From: the human T2T-CHM13v2.0 reference genome, Homo sapiens
Strand: one strand, 5' to 3'
NCBI RefSeq assembly: GCF_009914755.1
Contig: NC_060927.1
Length of the DNA stretch: 64,000 nt
The position numbers and the translations under genes are program-made. This document shows positions 25,039-38,609 of the stretch, piece by piece (positions within the stretch are counted from its first letter, which is position 1; each line of letters begins with the position of its first letter). The notes under the pieces were generated by a model that had not been told where the DNA came from, searched no databases, and worked only from the letters and a program-made list of their open reading frames with translations.

Positions 25039-27438
25039 GGGGGCGGGGGCAGGGCTGATATTTACTAACAAGACCTCTGGACTGCAAATCCAACACAGAT
25101 ACTAATATGTCATTTCCACTTGGCTTCCAGTTGTATTTAATATGGTCAAAAAATGCATATATTATAAGGAGAAACATAACCCCCTAAACCTCTGCAGGAT
25201 AAACGAACTCACATTATTTTCTAAAAGAACGCAGCAACCCAGTCTGTCCTATCATCACACCGTGAGCTCAGAAAGAAAATCTGACACACGCAGCAGAAAG
25301 TGCAAAATGTTATTTACTAACCTGGTGCCCCTGTGAAAGCAGTTGCTCCATATCACCTTAAAGAAAGAATCCTTACTATGAAACCAATCTCCAAGGCAGC
25401 TGATAGCCAAGAGGTGGCAAAGTCGACTACCCTGAGAATCCAAATAAACGGGCAAAGCCTTCCTGTTCCCAAGCCCAGTTTTGGCTGACTCCCTCAAGGC
25501 AACTTAAGTCATAGCCAAGCCCACAAAGCACTTTAGCCTATAAGCTTTAGTAATGAACTTGAAACCACTCCCCATATGTTAAAGAGACACCGGACTGCTG
25601 TGAGAAATAAAACCCACATACAGAATGAGCTACAGCTTCAGGCTGCACTTTTGTACTTGCTGCCCAAGAAAACCATAACACAAACTTAAACAAAGAGAAC
25701 TCTCACTCCCTTCTCTCCCCTCAGACACTGCAATAAAGTGAATGATTAATTTTAAGCAAGGGGATACAGTCTGCCCTCCATTAGGGCCATGAAATGACTT
25801 TTATATTGTTCAAGTTGTGTGGCAGTTATGGAACAGATAGCACTGTAATTTCACATTGCATAAGAGGGACATATGAAGTTATCATTTCTGAGAATCAAAT
25901 GTAGATAGTATTACTATTTTCAGATAACATTGAATAAGCTTAAAAACCTCATCAAATCCAACGATTAACATAAGTTCAATAGGAAATTTTGTCAAAGAAC
26001 CTTCTAACTTCTGATTCTGACTTAGTGTCTATAAATCTTAAAAACATTCTTATAATTCAGTTTCACCACCTACATTTAGAATGGATGTATAAGCTAAGAC
26101 ACGTCTTTTAACATGGATCTTTAAGCTGCCTTTTAAAATGGAACTTAATACCACTCACTAAGATTTCAAAATAAGAAATTTATGTTTCATTCTAGAAAAA
26201 TGTAGTCAATCAATTCCTTAAAGCAGTTAGATCTTAAAACAGAGTCAGTAATGTTCTAGCATATTGTTAGAACATCAGCTTTTTAACACAATGTGTTCAC
26301 AGTATACTTATTTTCCCCTAGTTTTCAACTCCAAGAACAGTTTTAATTCTAATGGCTTGTTGCCATGATTTGTATTTTGTTTAAATGAGACTTATTTCAA
26401 CACAATAACCAAGGTTTTTGAACTTTAATTATTGTTTCTCCTAAACCATAAGATTGGACCAAATATGCAGGCAAAGCTTGATTCACCTGTTGCCAAACTG
26501 ATTTACATGAATTACTGGTAAAATTCAAGTTACTCAAAACCTGTGAAATATAAGCCATTAGCTCAACAAATTCACCCATGAAAATCCTGGAGACTATTTT
26601 AGATCTAATACACACCTTGCCCACCCCTCTACCCACTCCCAGGTCAGGGCTCAAGAGGATCTCATGGGGTCACCATAGAATGAGGGGGCAAGATAATTTC
26701 TTTTCTCAGGGAAAAAAGAAAACGAGCCTCAAGACCTGTGGCTGATAACTTTAAAAGGAGCTAGTACCCCACCTGCTGGCAAAACCAAGCGAAAGCTGGA
26801 TGAGCTGAACAAACCTCAGGGGAAATGTTATTACTTTGATGTTGGAAGAAAAACAGAGAAGGAGCAGCTATGCGAGCACATTAATGTCACATTCAGTATG
26901 TCGTTAAATATTATTAAATTTTTCCCCACAATAGTGATATATTTCTAGAGGATATAAAAATGCTCATGCAAAAAAAGTAGATTCAAAACCATCTATTTTA
27001 CATGGATCTGGTTTGCAAACATATATGATGATTTGCATGCCCAAGGAAATCCTCTGATAAATAATATTGATCTCTCCTCTGCAGAAAGAGCTTCAAAAAA
27101 TACTCCTGGGAGACCAACACAATCTTTGAAATGGAAGAAATATGAATAAATCCCCAACTCAGCTAGATAAACTACTGGTGGGGCTGTGTCTCCATCAGTC
27201 TGTATGTCTGTATTCCCAGAATTTCTCTTATCTTTCAGCAAAAATTTATTTCCTTTTGCCACATATAAATTAATTCTTCTAAAATGAATATCTGATATTA
27301 ACCTTAATGAAGATGAAGAAAAGTTAAGTGGTGGGCACCAAATTACACTACATTCTTTAATAAAACCCCGCAATAATAAGAGTATAGCAGGATATGACTT
27401 TTAAATGAGCCCAAGCTGTACTACTAAAACTAAAATGA

Positions 27439-28173
<735 letters not shown>

Positions 28174-29224
28174 TATTATACCAGTTTTACAGATGATAAA
28201 ACTGAGGCGTCCAAAGGCTAGTAAGTACACTGCCAAGATCACACAGTTAGAGACAGAGCTGGGATTAGAACCCAGGTCGGTGCTCCTAGCCATGTACTTT
28301 AAAAACTCTTTCTTCCTGAGTGCGTACCACTTAAACCCTGCCAGGCCCTGGTCAAATGCAAGGGCGGGGGAGACAGTGGATAAGGCCTGCACTGTGAACA
28401 GTCCTCATAAAGGCTTTCCAGAGAAGTGGCCACAGAACTGAGACCTGGAGGTGACATGGAAGGGAAAGGGTCCCCAGGGAGAGGGCACTCACTCAGTCTG
28501 CCAAGGCAAAGGGTAAACGGGGTGGGGGACATTGGAGGGACTGCCTGCAGGGACCTTAGTAAGGCTGAGGGACCAGCAGAAGAAAATGCTGTGAGGAAGG
28601 CAGAGTCCTCTTATGTCACATCATGGAGCAAAGAGGCATCACCAACGGATGCTAAACCGGAAAGTGTCCAGATATGCATGTTGAAAAGGTAAGTAGGAGG
28701 AATGAGGCCTTTTTGGGTGAGTAGGAATTTAGACATTCCAGGTAAAGGCAAGCACAGGCCAGTGCTGTAAGACATACAAGTTTATACTTTCATAAACTGT
28801 ATCAAGGAGGCTTGTGCCGTAAACCCCGCAGCAGCATGCGCACTGGCTCCCTTGTCAAGCCAGCTCGGGGCTGGAGCCACGTGGTGGTTACTAATGCCAT
28901 TCACAGAGTTAGGGACAAGGAGGAAGGGCAGGGTGGTGGGAGGAGGGTGGGGAGATGCTCAAGCCAAGGAGTTCACTGAGGGAGGCTGGGTTTGAGGTCC
29001 TCTGAGCTGTTCAGGGAGGATATCCAGCAGGCCCCAGGAGATGCAGGCCAGGTGCTACAGTCCTTTGCCTAGACAGCAGAGGTGCACATTTAGGAGTCAC
29101 TGACACTGAAGGAGCAGCTGCAGCTGGGGGACAGTGGGACACAGAGTTTGTCCCTGGAAAATGTACAGCATGAGAAGAAAGAGTGAAATTTAAGGGAAGG
29201 CTAAGGGTGTCAGACAGAATTCAG

Positions 29225-29672
29225 GCTGTTGATAAAAAATTTTATTTTTATTTTTACTAACTTCTAACTAAAATTATCATTTCCTTCTGTAACTTGTCAT
29301 CAAAGATATTTTCTTTGACGTCAAAGATATTTTCTTAGACATCAAGGATTTTTCATATCACATTAGTTATTGCAATATCTCAAAGTATCATTTCCACTCA
29401 TCACTATTTCAAAATTACAGTAGTTATTAGACCTGCCACTAGATACTGGTAAGTAATGCATTTTAATAAAGGACATGTATTACAATATGACATATTTACT
29501 TCTTTGCATATTGATAACTTTATGTCAGTATAATTGGTTTCCTTTGTAATCCTATGCATTTTAATTTTATGTGTTTAATTTTACAGAATAAATATTCTGT
29601 AGAGTGGTTCATTAGCTTAATTAGAATGTCAAAGAGGTCCCCATGGCACAAGTAAAAGTAAAGAACATCTGA
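29225..29672. mobile_element. hAT-Charlie relic (Charlie4-like)
   Basis: ATTACAGTAGTTATTAGACCTGCCACTAGAT...ATAATTGGTTTCCTTTGTAATCCTATG...CCATGGCACAAGTAAAAGTAAAGAACATCTG. Confidence 0.7.
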
Positions 29673-29688
29673 TTTAAAGAGGGAAAGA

Positions 29689-30010
<322 letters not shown>

Positions 30011-30429
30011 AAAGGGGAAAGAAAAAGCCACAGGAAAACACTTAAAAATAGCTCTGCGAAAAGGGGGACCCTAGTATGAGATGGAGACAGCTTTCAAAGC
30101 TAGGATGCAAACGCAGGACTTCTGACTTTGTGTTCTTTCTACCACGTGACTCCACACCCTAAAATAATAAAAACAGTAACCCCTTCATTTGCGTAAACAA
30201 AGGGCTTTCACATGTATTAGCCTGTTAGTTCATCACATCTATTCAGAGTAGGAAAAGGCAGGAACCCAAACGTGCCTTGAAGCTGCCATCTAAGAAGACA
30301 CTCCTTCCTGGGCCTCAGCACTGCGCCAGTGCTGCAGCGGACGGTGGTACCTGTCACCCCACTCTATGGAGCTGTAGTCATGGGCACAGAAGAGTAAGAT
30401 GAAGAGCCCCTCCCTCATACCACACTAGC

Positions 30430-31110
30430 TAGAACCTGATCGCAAGAGGTGGGCACAGTGGGTGCCCACCCAAATGATGAGTTGCACTTCTCTCCAGGCT
30501 TCTATTTACAGGTAAGGCTAAGAATTTGTTTCCTTGCTCAAAGCTCTTTTATTTAGTTCTGATTGGTGATCCAGAGTGAATTACAAGATTTGCAATATTT
30601 CAGCTCTTTAATTTGCCATTGGCTCTAACCAAGACAGAAGACTTTACTTAAGCAATTGGTTTGAAATTAGATGGACAAGCTGAAACAATGGGCTCTCTGT
30701 TCTTTCCTCTCTGTGCCCACCAACTGGCATTCATTATTTAATCTGTGACGTGTGTTGCCAGGGCTGCGGTAATGACAACGGCACCTATTGTCTTCACATC
30801 CCTTCCCTATTCTGTAACATCTGTCATGGCTCCTGTCTATATTTCATTTTATTTTGTTTTATTTTGCTTCTTTTACTTTTACAAGGTTATTCTTAATTAC
30901 TACAAATTGCTCTGAAATCTATTCTAACCCTGCAAAGTGTAGCATCATTTTGTAACTTGGCAATAACAATAAACTGAAGGCGCGTGTGATAGCACCCTTT
31001 TAAATTACTGTAATTTTACATAAAACTGTATAATTTCAAACAAATTTTATCTCAAGGTTAACTAGATAACCTCTCTTTTTAAATACCTGATCAGTTCACA
31101 GACGACTTTG
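30430..31110. promoter_or_regulatory. Candidate conserved non-coding element / developmental enhancer
   Basis: No recognisable repeat; dense SOX (AACAAT 30684, 30965; CTATTGT 30785), TAAT, TGATTGG, CTGTCA and GTGCCCACC motifs. Conservation not verified. Confidence 0.5.
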
Positions 31111-33040
31111 GCCCCTTCTCATATAATACATGACTTCCTTTTACACAATAATGAGAATGTGGGTTTATATGACTAATCTGACACAATACAGTAACTTCTG
31201 CTTAAAAAAAAAAGCTGAACATTTCTTAATATGCAGTTACAATGTAAATTACTATGTTCATGGATGGATCTTTAATTTCCAAGTTTCTCTATTATTTTCT
31301 TTCTTTTTTAAATAAGGAGCCAGAGTGAAAATTGTCACTTGCCTTGTAATCAGTCACCTAAAAACTAGAGTGAAAATTGTTGTGTGTGAAAAGAGTTCAA
31401 AATTGGTTTCTATGTCCCAGGAACCGGAGAGCTGGTCTTCCTACTGCTGTCTGTCTCAGGACACAGCACACCCATCCGCTGTAGGAAAGGCAGAGGTTTC
31501 GCTTAGAGCTGCTTGCATGTAAGGGAAGAGGGAACTCAACCTGGCAGGAACAAGCCCTTGATGATTTACCTTCTTTCCTAATTGCCCAGAGGCATTTCCT
31601 TCCTTGCTTACCCAATCTAAGGAAGGGTTTCCTACTGCCCTAGCAGTTCCTTTAACCTGAAGCCATTTTCTCTAGTTCCTACCCTGTTTTTTGTGTTGCT
31701 CTCAATCTGCTTTCTCACAAGACCTCACTTTCCAGCCAAATTGGTTTATTCTGTTTTTCAAATTACCTAGTTCTTCCTTCCTTTTGAGTTTGTGCCACTG
31801 TCCCAACTGTGGCAATGCCCTTCCCCCTCCTCGACAGTAAAGGAGTCAAATCCTCCCCAGCATTTCAAGGGGCGGCCCAAACCCATGTCCTCTACAAAGC
31901 ATTTTCAGGTCACCCTGCTTTAAAAAAAAACAAAATTGCTCAACAACTACAGCAATCATCATCAGCAGCCGCAAATCCATTAGGCAACAAATTATGCCTT
32001 GCGACTTTCTATTTTATCTGGATGGGTTATTTAAATAGTGATGGCATTTAACTTTTCATGCATTTATAACTACTTCCTCCAACTTAGTAATCAGTAACTA
32101 CATATTACAAGTTATACCTCTGAAATCAACCATTGTAAAAAGCATATAGCAAAAATTCTACCTTACATTGCATTCATATATGTATTTGTTGCTTACAAGA
32201 TATTTAAATTATTTATGTTACTTAATGATAATTACAAAATAATAGCCAACACTATTGCCATAATATCTTACTAGACTCAATATCTTATTTGACATTCACA
32301 TCTGCCATATGAATTAGATACAATTATTTTCCTCATTTTTCAGGTGATGAAAATGGGGCCAGAAAGCTTAAATTTCCCAAGGTCAGGCATTCAACACGTA
32401 CTTAGTGAGCACCTACTATGCGACAGGCATTGTTTTCAGCATTAGTGATGAAAGCAGAAAACTTCTATCTTCAGGGAGTTTATATTCTATTAGGGAAGAC
32501 AGACTATCAAAAATTAAAACAAATATATATAAAGCCAGATAATACTAAGTGTTGTTAAGAAAACTAAAGCAGAGTAAGGGACTGGAGAGAGATGGCATCT
32601 GGAGAGAGATGGCATAAGTGGCGAGGTAGCACACTCCTTAGATAAGATGGTCAGAAGAGGCCTCTCTGGGGAGATGACACTTGAGCAGAGACCTGAACGA
32701 AGTGAGGTGACAGGCTCTGTAATCATCTGGGAAAAGGGCCCAGGCAGAAGAAACGGAAACTGCAAAGGCCCAGAGGCCAATACAAACTTGGCGTGTTCAA
32801 GAACAACAAAAAGGCCAGTGTAGTCAGTGCTGTGAAAGAAAGGGCAACAGTAGAGGGTGTAGTGAGAGAAGAAACTAGGGAGTCCAGTTATGTATGGCTT
32901 TGTAAACCATTGCATAGTTTCATTTACGTTTTTCCTTAAATATAATGAAAAGGCCCTGAAAGGTTTTAATCAAGAAAGTGAAACACTGTGCCATTTGAAA
33001 AGATTACACAAGTTGGGTAGGTAAAGAAAAGACTAAAAGG

Positions 33041-33349
33041 GGCTGGGCATGATGCTGTAATCCCAGCACTTTGGGAGGCCGAGGTGGGTGGATCACTTGA
33101 GGTCAGGAGTTCAAGACCAGCCTGGCCAACATGGTGAAACCCCCTTCTCTACTTAAAATACAAAACTTAGCTGGGTATGGTGGCGGGCGCCTGTAATCCC
33201 AGCTACTCAGGAGGCTGAGGCAGGAGAATCGCTTGAACCCAGGAGGCAGAAGTTGCAGTGAGCCGAGATCGTGCTGAGATCGTGCCACTGCACTCCAGCC
33301 TGGGGGACAGGGCAAGACTCTGTCTCAATGAAAAATAAAAATAAAAAAA
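33041..33349 (+). mobile_element. AluSx-like
   Basis: Dimer with a small 5' deletion and a GAGATCGTGC duplication; TSD AAAGAA[A/T]AGACT. Confidence 0.92.
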
Positions 33350-33689
33350 GAATAGACTGAGAGAAGGCAGACTACTTAGGAGAATATTGCAGTAGTCCAG
33401 GTGGGAGATGAAGAGAAGTAGTCAGATCTAGGATCTACTGTGAAGATAGGGCCAAGAAGATTTTCTGATGTGGGTCGTGATGCAGAGTGTAAAAAAAAGA
33501 GAGGTGTCAAGGAAGACTCTAAGACTCATATGAGTAACAGGGAGAAAAGTCTAATTATTCAGCTGAGGAACATTGTAGGTGATGGGGTCTGGGGAGAAGC
33601 AGTAAGTTTTTGGGGCAAATCAGGAGTGCCATTTTGGGTAGGTTAAGTTTGAGAGACCTTTTAGATATCCAAACGAAGAGAAGTAGGAC

Positions 33690-34512
33690 GTTGGATACCT
33701 AAGTTTGAGGCTTGGATACATAAGTCCAAGATTCAGTCCTGGGGTTTGGATATGTAAGTCTGAGATTCAGGCCTGGGGTTTGGATATGTAAGTCTGAGAT
33801 TCAGGCCTGGGGTTTGGATACATAAGTCTGAGATTAGGACTGGAGTTTGGATACATAAGTCTAACATTCAGGACTGGGGTTTGGATATGTAAGTCTGGAG
33901 ATTCAGGACTGGAATTTGTATACATAAGTCTGAGATTCAGGACTGAGATTTGGATACATAAGTCTGAGATTAGGACTGGAGTTTGGATACATAAGTCTAA
34001 CATTCAGGACTGGGGTTTGTATACGTAAGTCTGAGATTCAGGACTGGGGTTTGGAGACGTAAGTCTGAGATTCAGGACTGGGGTTAGGATATGTAAGTCT
34101 GAGATTCAGGCCTGGGGTTAGGATATGTAAGTCTGAGATTCAGGACGGGGGTTTATATACATAAGTCTGAGATTCAGGACTGGGGTTTATATACATAAGT
34201 CTGAGATTCAGGACTGGGGTTTATATACATAAGTCTGAGATTCAGGAATGGGGTTTGGATATGTAAGTCTGAGATTCAGGACTGGGGTTTAGATATTAAT
34301 CTGAGGACTGGGGCTTGCATACATAAGTCTGAGATTCAGAACTGGGGTTTGGATATATAAGTCTGAGATTCAGGAATGGGGTTTGGATATGTAAGTCTGA
34401 GGACTGGGATTTGGATCCATAAGTCTAACATTCAGGACTGGGATTTGGATACTTAAGTCTGAGATTCAGGACTGGGGTTTGGATACATAAGTCTGAGATT
34501 CAGGACTTGGAA
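33690..34512 (+). repeat. 34-bp minisatellite (VNTR-like), about 24-25 copies
   Basis: Consensus AAGTCTGAGATTCAGGACTGGGGTTTGGATACAT, head-to-tail with no spacers. Confidence 0.97.
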
Positions 34513-34914
34513 TTCAGGTGGCTTTAAACGTGGTAGTTAGCTTTAAGTAACATATTTTCACCACAGACTGACTGAGGGTGAATAAAGGAGGGATGTCTGA
34601 GGACTGACACTCAGGACTCTCCAACATTTAAATACCAGGAAGAAGAGATGGGTCCAGTAAAGGGGGCCAAAAAAAAAATGCCAGTGGGGTAGTAGGAAAC
34701 CCAGGAGAGTGTGGTGAGAAAGACAGAAGCCAGGTGAAAAGAGTGCGTCAATGATAGAGAGATCAATTATGTCAAAGGAGCTGAGAGATGAAGAAAGAGG
34801 AAGATTGAGAACTGACCACTGGATACAGAAACATGGAGGTCACTGATGTCCTAAAGAGTGGGCTCAAGAGAAATTTATGCAAAAGCCTAAAAAGTGGGCT
34901 CAAATGAGAATGTG

Positions 34915-36811
34915 ACTACAGGGCATTGCTGAGAGAAATTAAAGACCTAAGTAAGTGGATATACCGTGTTCACGGATTAAAAGACCAAATATTGTTAAAT
35001 TTTCTGTTCTCCACAAACTGATCTATAGATCCAACACAATACCAATTATAATCTCATCAAGCTTTTTTGTACAAATTAATAATCTCATTCTTAAATGTGT
35101 ATAGAAATTCAAAGGATTTAGAATATCCAGAGCAACCATAAAAAAAATAAAACTAAAGTTGGAGGACTTAACACTACCTGACTTCAAGACATCGTAGTAA
35201 GTCTATAGTAACCAGGACAGTGTGGTACTAGTACAGGATCAACAAATAGATCAATACGACAGGATAGAGAGCTCAGAAATAGATGCACACTTACATGGTC
35301 ACTCGATTTTCATGAAGGTAAGAGAAAAATCCAATAGAGAAAAAAAATGACTTATTAACAAATGATGGTAAAAAAAAAAACTAAATATCTATATAGCAAA
35401 AATAAATAAATCTCAACCATGACCTCACACCACACTCAAAAATTGAGATGGATCATAGACATAAATGTAAAAACTAAAATTATAAAGCTTTTAGATATGG
35501 CTTAGAAAGCAATCAACATAAAAAGAAAAAAAAACAGACTTAGCCAAAGTTCAAAATTTCTGTTCATCTAAAGTCATCATTGAAAAAATAAATAAGAAAG
35601 CCACAGCCTGGGATAAAATATGTGCAAATCATATATCTGACAAAGAACTAATATTTTATAATACATAATGAATGCCTACAATTCGATAAAAGTGAGCAAA
35701 AGATTTGACTGGACATCCACAAAGGAAGACAGACTCGTGATCACTAAGCATATGAAAAAGTGCTCCATGTTAATATTCACCAGGGAAATTTAAGAAAAAC
35801 GCAATGAGGTACTGCTACATCCCCACCAGAACGAGTAAACATTAAAAAGACCGTCAAACCCAAATGCTGGCAAGGATACAGAGACAGCACAACTCTCATT
35901 CACCATGGGTCACAGTGTAAAACTACAACCAGCTTAGAAAAAAGTCTAGCCGTTGTTTATAAAACTAAATATGCACCTATCCTATGACCCAGTTATTTCA
36001 TTCCAAAGTATTTATCCAAGAGAAAAGAAAACACAGCCACAAAAAAAGACTCCATTCACCATAGTCAAAATCTGGAAGCAACTCAGGCATCCACCCGTAG
36101 AAAAATGAATAAACAACCTGTTGTATCATCAAACAATGGAATGATACTCAGCAGCTCAGAAAGGAATGGATTCACTCAGAAAGGAATGAATGACTGATAC
36201 ACATGATATGAATACATCTCAGAAACATTACGCTGAGTGAAAGAAGCCTTACATAAAAGAGTACATACATTGTATGATTCAATTTTGTTAATCTTCTAGA
36301 AAGGCAAAAATAACATATTGTGGGAAAAAAATCAAAACAGTGGTTGCCTCTGGCAGAGCATAAGAGGGTGGTCTGGGGACTAACTGGGAAGCAACATGAG
36401 GGAACTTTCTGTGGCGATGGTCATGTTCTGTACCTTGAAAAGGGTTTGGATTGCAGAGGTGGTACATGCATTTTTCAGAACTCTGAATGGTACACTAAAG
36501 ATTTGAGCATTTCAGTGTATATAAATTTTACTTCAAAAGAGAACTATAAACAAATAGGGAAGGAAATTAATCATATGTACCCTGAAATGTTTAGGAGTGA
36601 GTGTACTGATGCCTGCAACTTACTTTAAAATGTATCCAAAACATAAATTGAATTGATGAAAGGATAAAGGGATAGATGGGTGACAAGACGTATGTTCAAG
36701 CAATAAAGCAAACTATTGATTGTAGAATCTAGGTGGTGGCTTATGGGTGTTCACCTAAACATTCTTTCAACTTTCCTGCATGTTTGAAATGTTTACAAGA
36801 TGTTGTTAGAA
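34915..36811 (+). mobile_element. 5'-truncated old L1 (L1MC/MD/ME class) inserted into the L2
   Basis: ORF2 end motifs (CAAACTGATCTATAGATCCAA, AAGTTGGAGGACTTAACACTACCTGACTTCAAGAC), 3' UTR GGTGGTGGCTTATGGGTGTTCAC, 9-bp TSD GAGAATGTG at 34906 and 36812. Confidence 0.9.
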
Positions 36812-37620
36812 GAGAATGTGGGGTCAGGAATTGGAGACAGTGAGAACTGACAACTTACCAGAGTTTTGCTTTAAAGAGGAACAAAGATATGAGGCAAATC
36901 TGGAGGGAGATGAAGAATTAAGAGGAGGTATTTGTAAAGAAGGAAGACATTATGGAATGTTTGAATAAGAATGATCCTGTAAAAAGAGGAACTTTAATGA
37001 AGCTAGTGGGCAGAAACTATGGAAGCAGAGTTCTGAACAGGCAAGAGCAACAGATGGGGTCCACTGGGGTGCAATGGATGTCAACCAGGAGGATGCACGT
37101 TTGTCCATGGTAAAGAGCAGGGGATGGGGGACAGATGATGGATGGATGCAAGAGAATATGGGAGCTGGGAAACTGCTTCTAGTTGCCCAGTGATATAAGC
37201 AGTAAGATCCATGGCTGAAAGAGAGAGTCTGGGAAGGGATGTTAGGGGTTTGAGGAAAGAAACAAAGGTGTGAAATAGTCACCTGGGAGAGTGAGTTTAC
37301 TAGGGAAGTAGGGTTGCCAGAGAGGGCTGAGTATCAGTGGAGGCAGGGGTGGAGGGTGGCGTGATTAATTTAATGTCATCAGAGTGTTGTGTGTGTGTTT
37401 TCCAGGAATGCTCCGTGGTTTGGAAGAAAGTGTAGAGTTATGCCTGAGTAACTGTGATTTTAACCAGGGTTATGTTTTGCAGGAGACTAGGATAGAAAGA
37501 GGAGAGAGGCAAGTAGAGTAACCACAACAGTGGACCAAGCAGATAAGGTGAGTAAAGTGGAAAGTTAGACTACACAGGGCATTAATGGAAAGTAAAAAGG
37601 TGGCAGAGTCAAAGGAGTGG
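36812..37620 (-). mobile_element. Continuation of the L2 after the L1 insertion
   Basis: GGAATTGGAGACAGTGAG...GAGTTTTGCTTTAAAGAGGA; the purine-rich reverse L2 body continues. Confidence 0.65.
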
Positions 37621-37699
37621 ACGTAAAAGTGTTGATCTGAGGATATTAGAAGACAGAGCATAAAAGTTGGCAGATGGTAGAGCTGGGATTTAAATCTAA

Positions 37700-38071
<372 letters not shown>

Positions 38072-38609
38072 CACCCTCTTAACTGTAACACTCTCCAGCA
38101 TTTTCAGGACTCTTGTCCTATACTCTCTGTGTCTGGATAATATGTGTACCCATTTGGTCTTTTCAAGACCCAGGGGTATTATTTGACTTCATATTCTTAA
38201 AAATAACTTCTACGGAAGTGATTTTCTTTCATAGAATGGGAAATATAAGACACATAAAGAGCTGGTGTAATTTTTGAACCCTTCAACAAATTGGCTATCA
38301 GAGAAAAATGTATCCTCCTGTCTCAGCTCAACTCTTTGTGTCTTATAGTTCTCACTCCTAAAAAGCACATGTTGCTGCTTGGAACAAAACAAATACCACA
38401 TTTGGAGGATTTGAAGAAACTAGTCTCAAAGTAATTATTTCAAGAGAATTTATTTTAAAAACATGTAAGCACTAAGTCACCTCATTCTCAGAAGGAAAAA
38501 AAAAAAAAAGACAGTAGCACGTGTTCAGGCATTCAGAATTTTAGAGGGACCGCTAATTGTGTATTTAAGAAACCATTTGAATAACATTTAAGTACCCAGG
38601 AAAAAAAGT

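Larger units (their letters stand above)
32386..34914 (-). mobile_element. Long L2 (3' portion) interrupted by an AluS and a minisatellite
   Basis: Reverse L2 tail CATTCAACACGTACTTAGTGAGCACCTACTATG; GAGATGACACTTGAGCAGAGACCTGAA; ATTGCAGTAGTCCAGGTGGGAGATG; GAGAACTGACCACTGGAT. Confidence 0.88.

Noticed and set aside
26993-27373. 126-aa non-repeat ORF on the minus strand
   Set aside because: No recognisable domain, a non-ATG start and no convincing splice boundaries; the length is compatible with chance.
31322-31380. 14-bp direct repeat AGAGTGAAAATTGT 45 bp apart, with similar micro-duplications near 13505, 23582, 36155 and 47375
   Set aside because: Ordinary slippage-scale duplications with no recognisable insert or functional cue.
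33690-34512. 34-bp periodic array superficially like a CRISPR array; ORF 33767-34003
   Set aside because: The units are head-to-tail with no unique spacers, there are no cas genes and the context is primate. The ORF is just the translated repeat.
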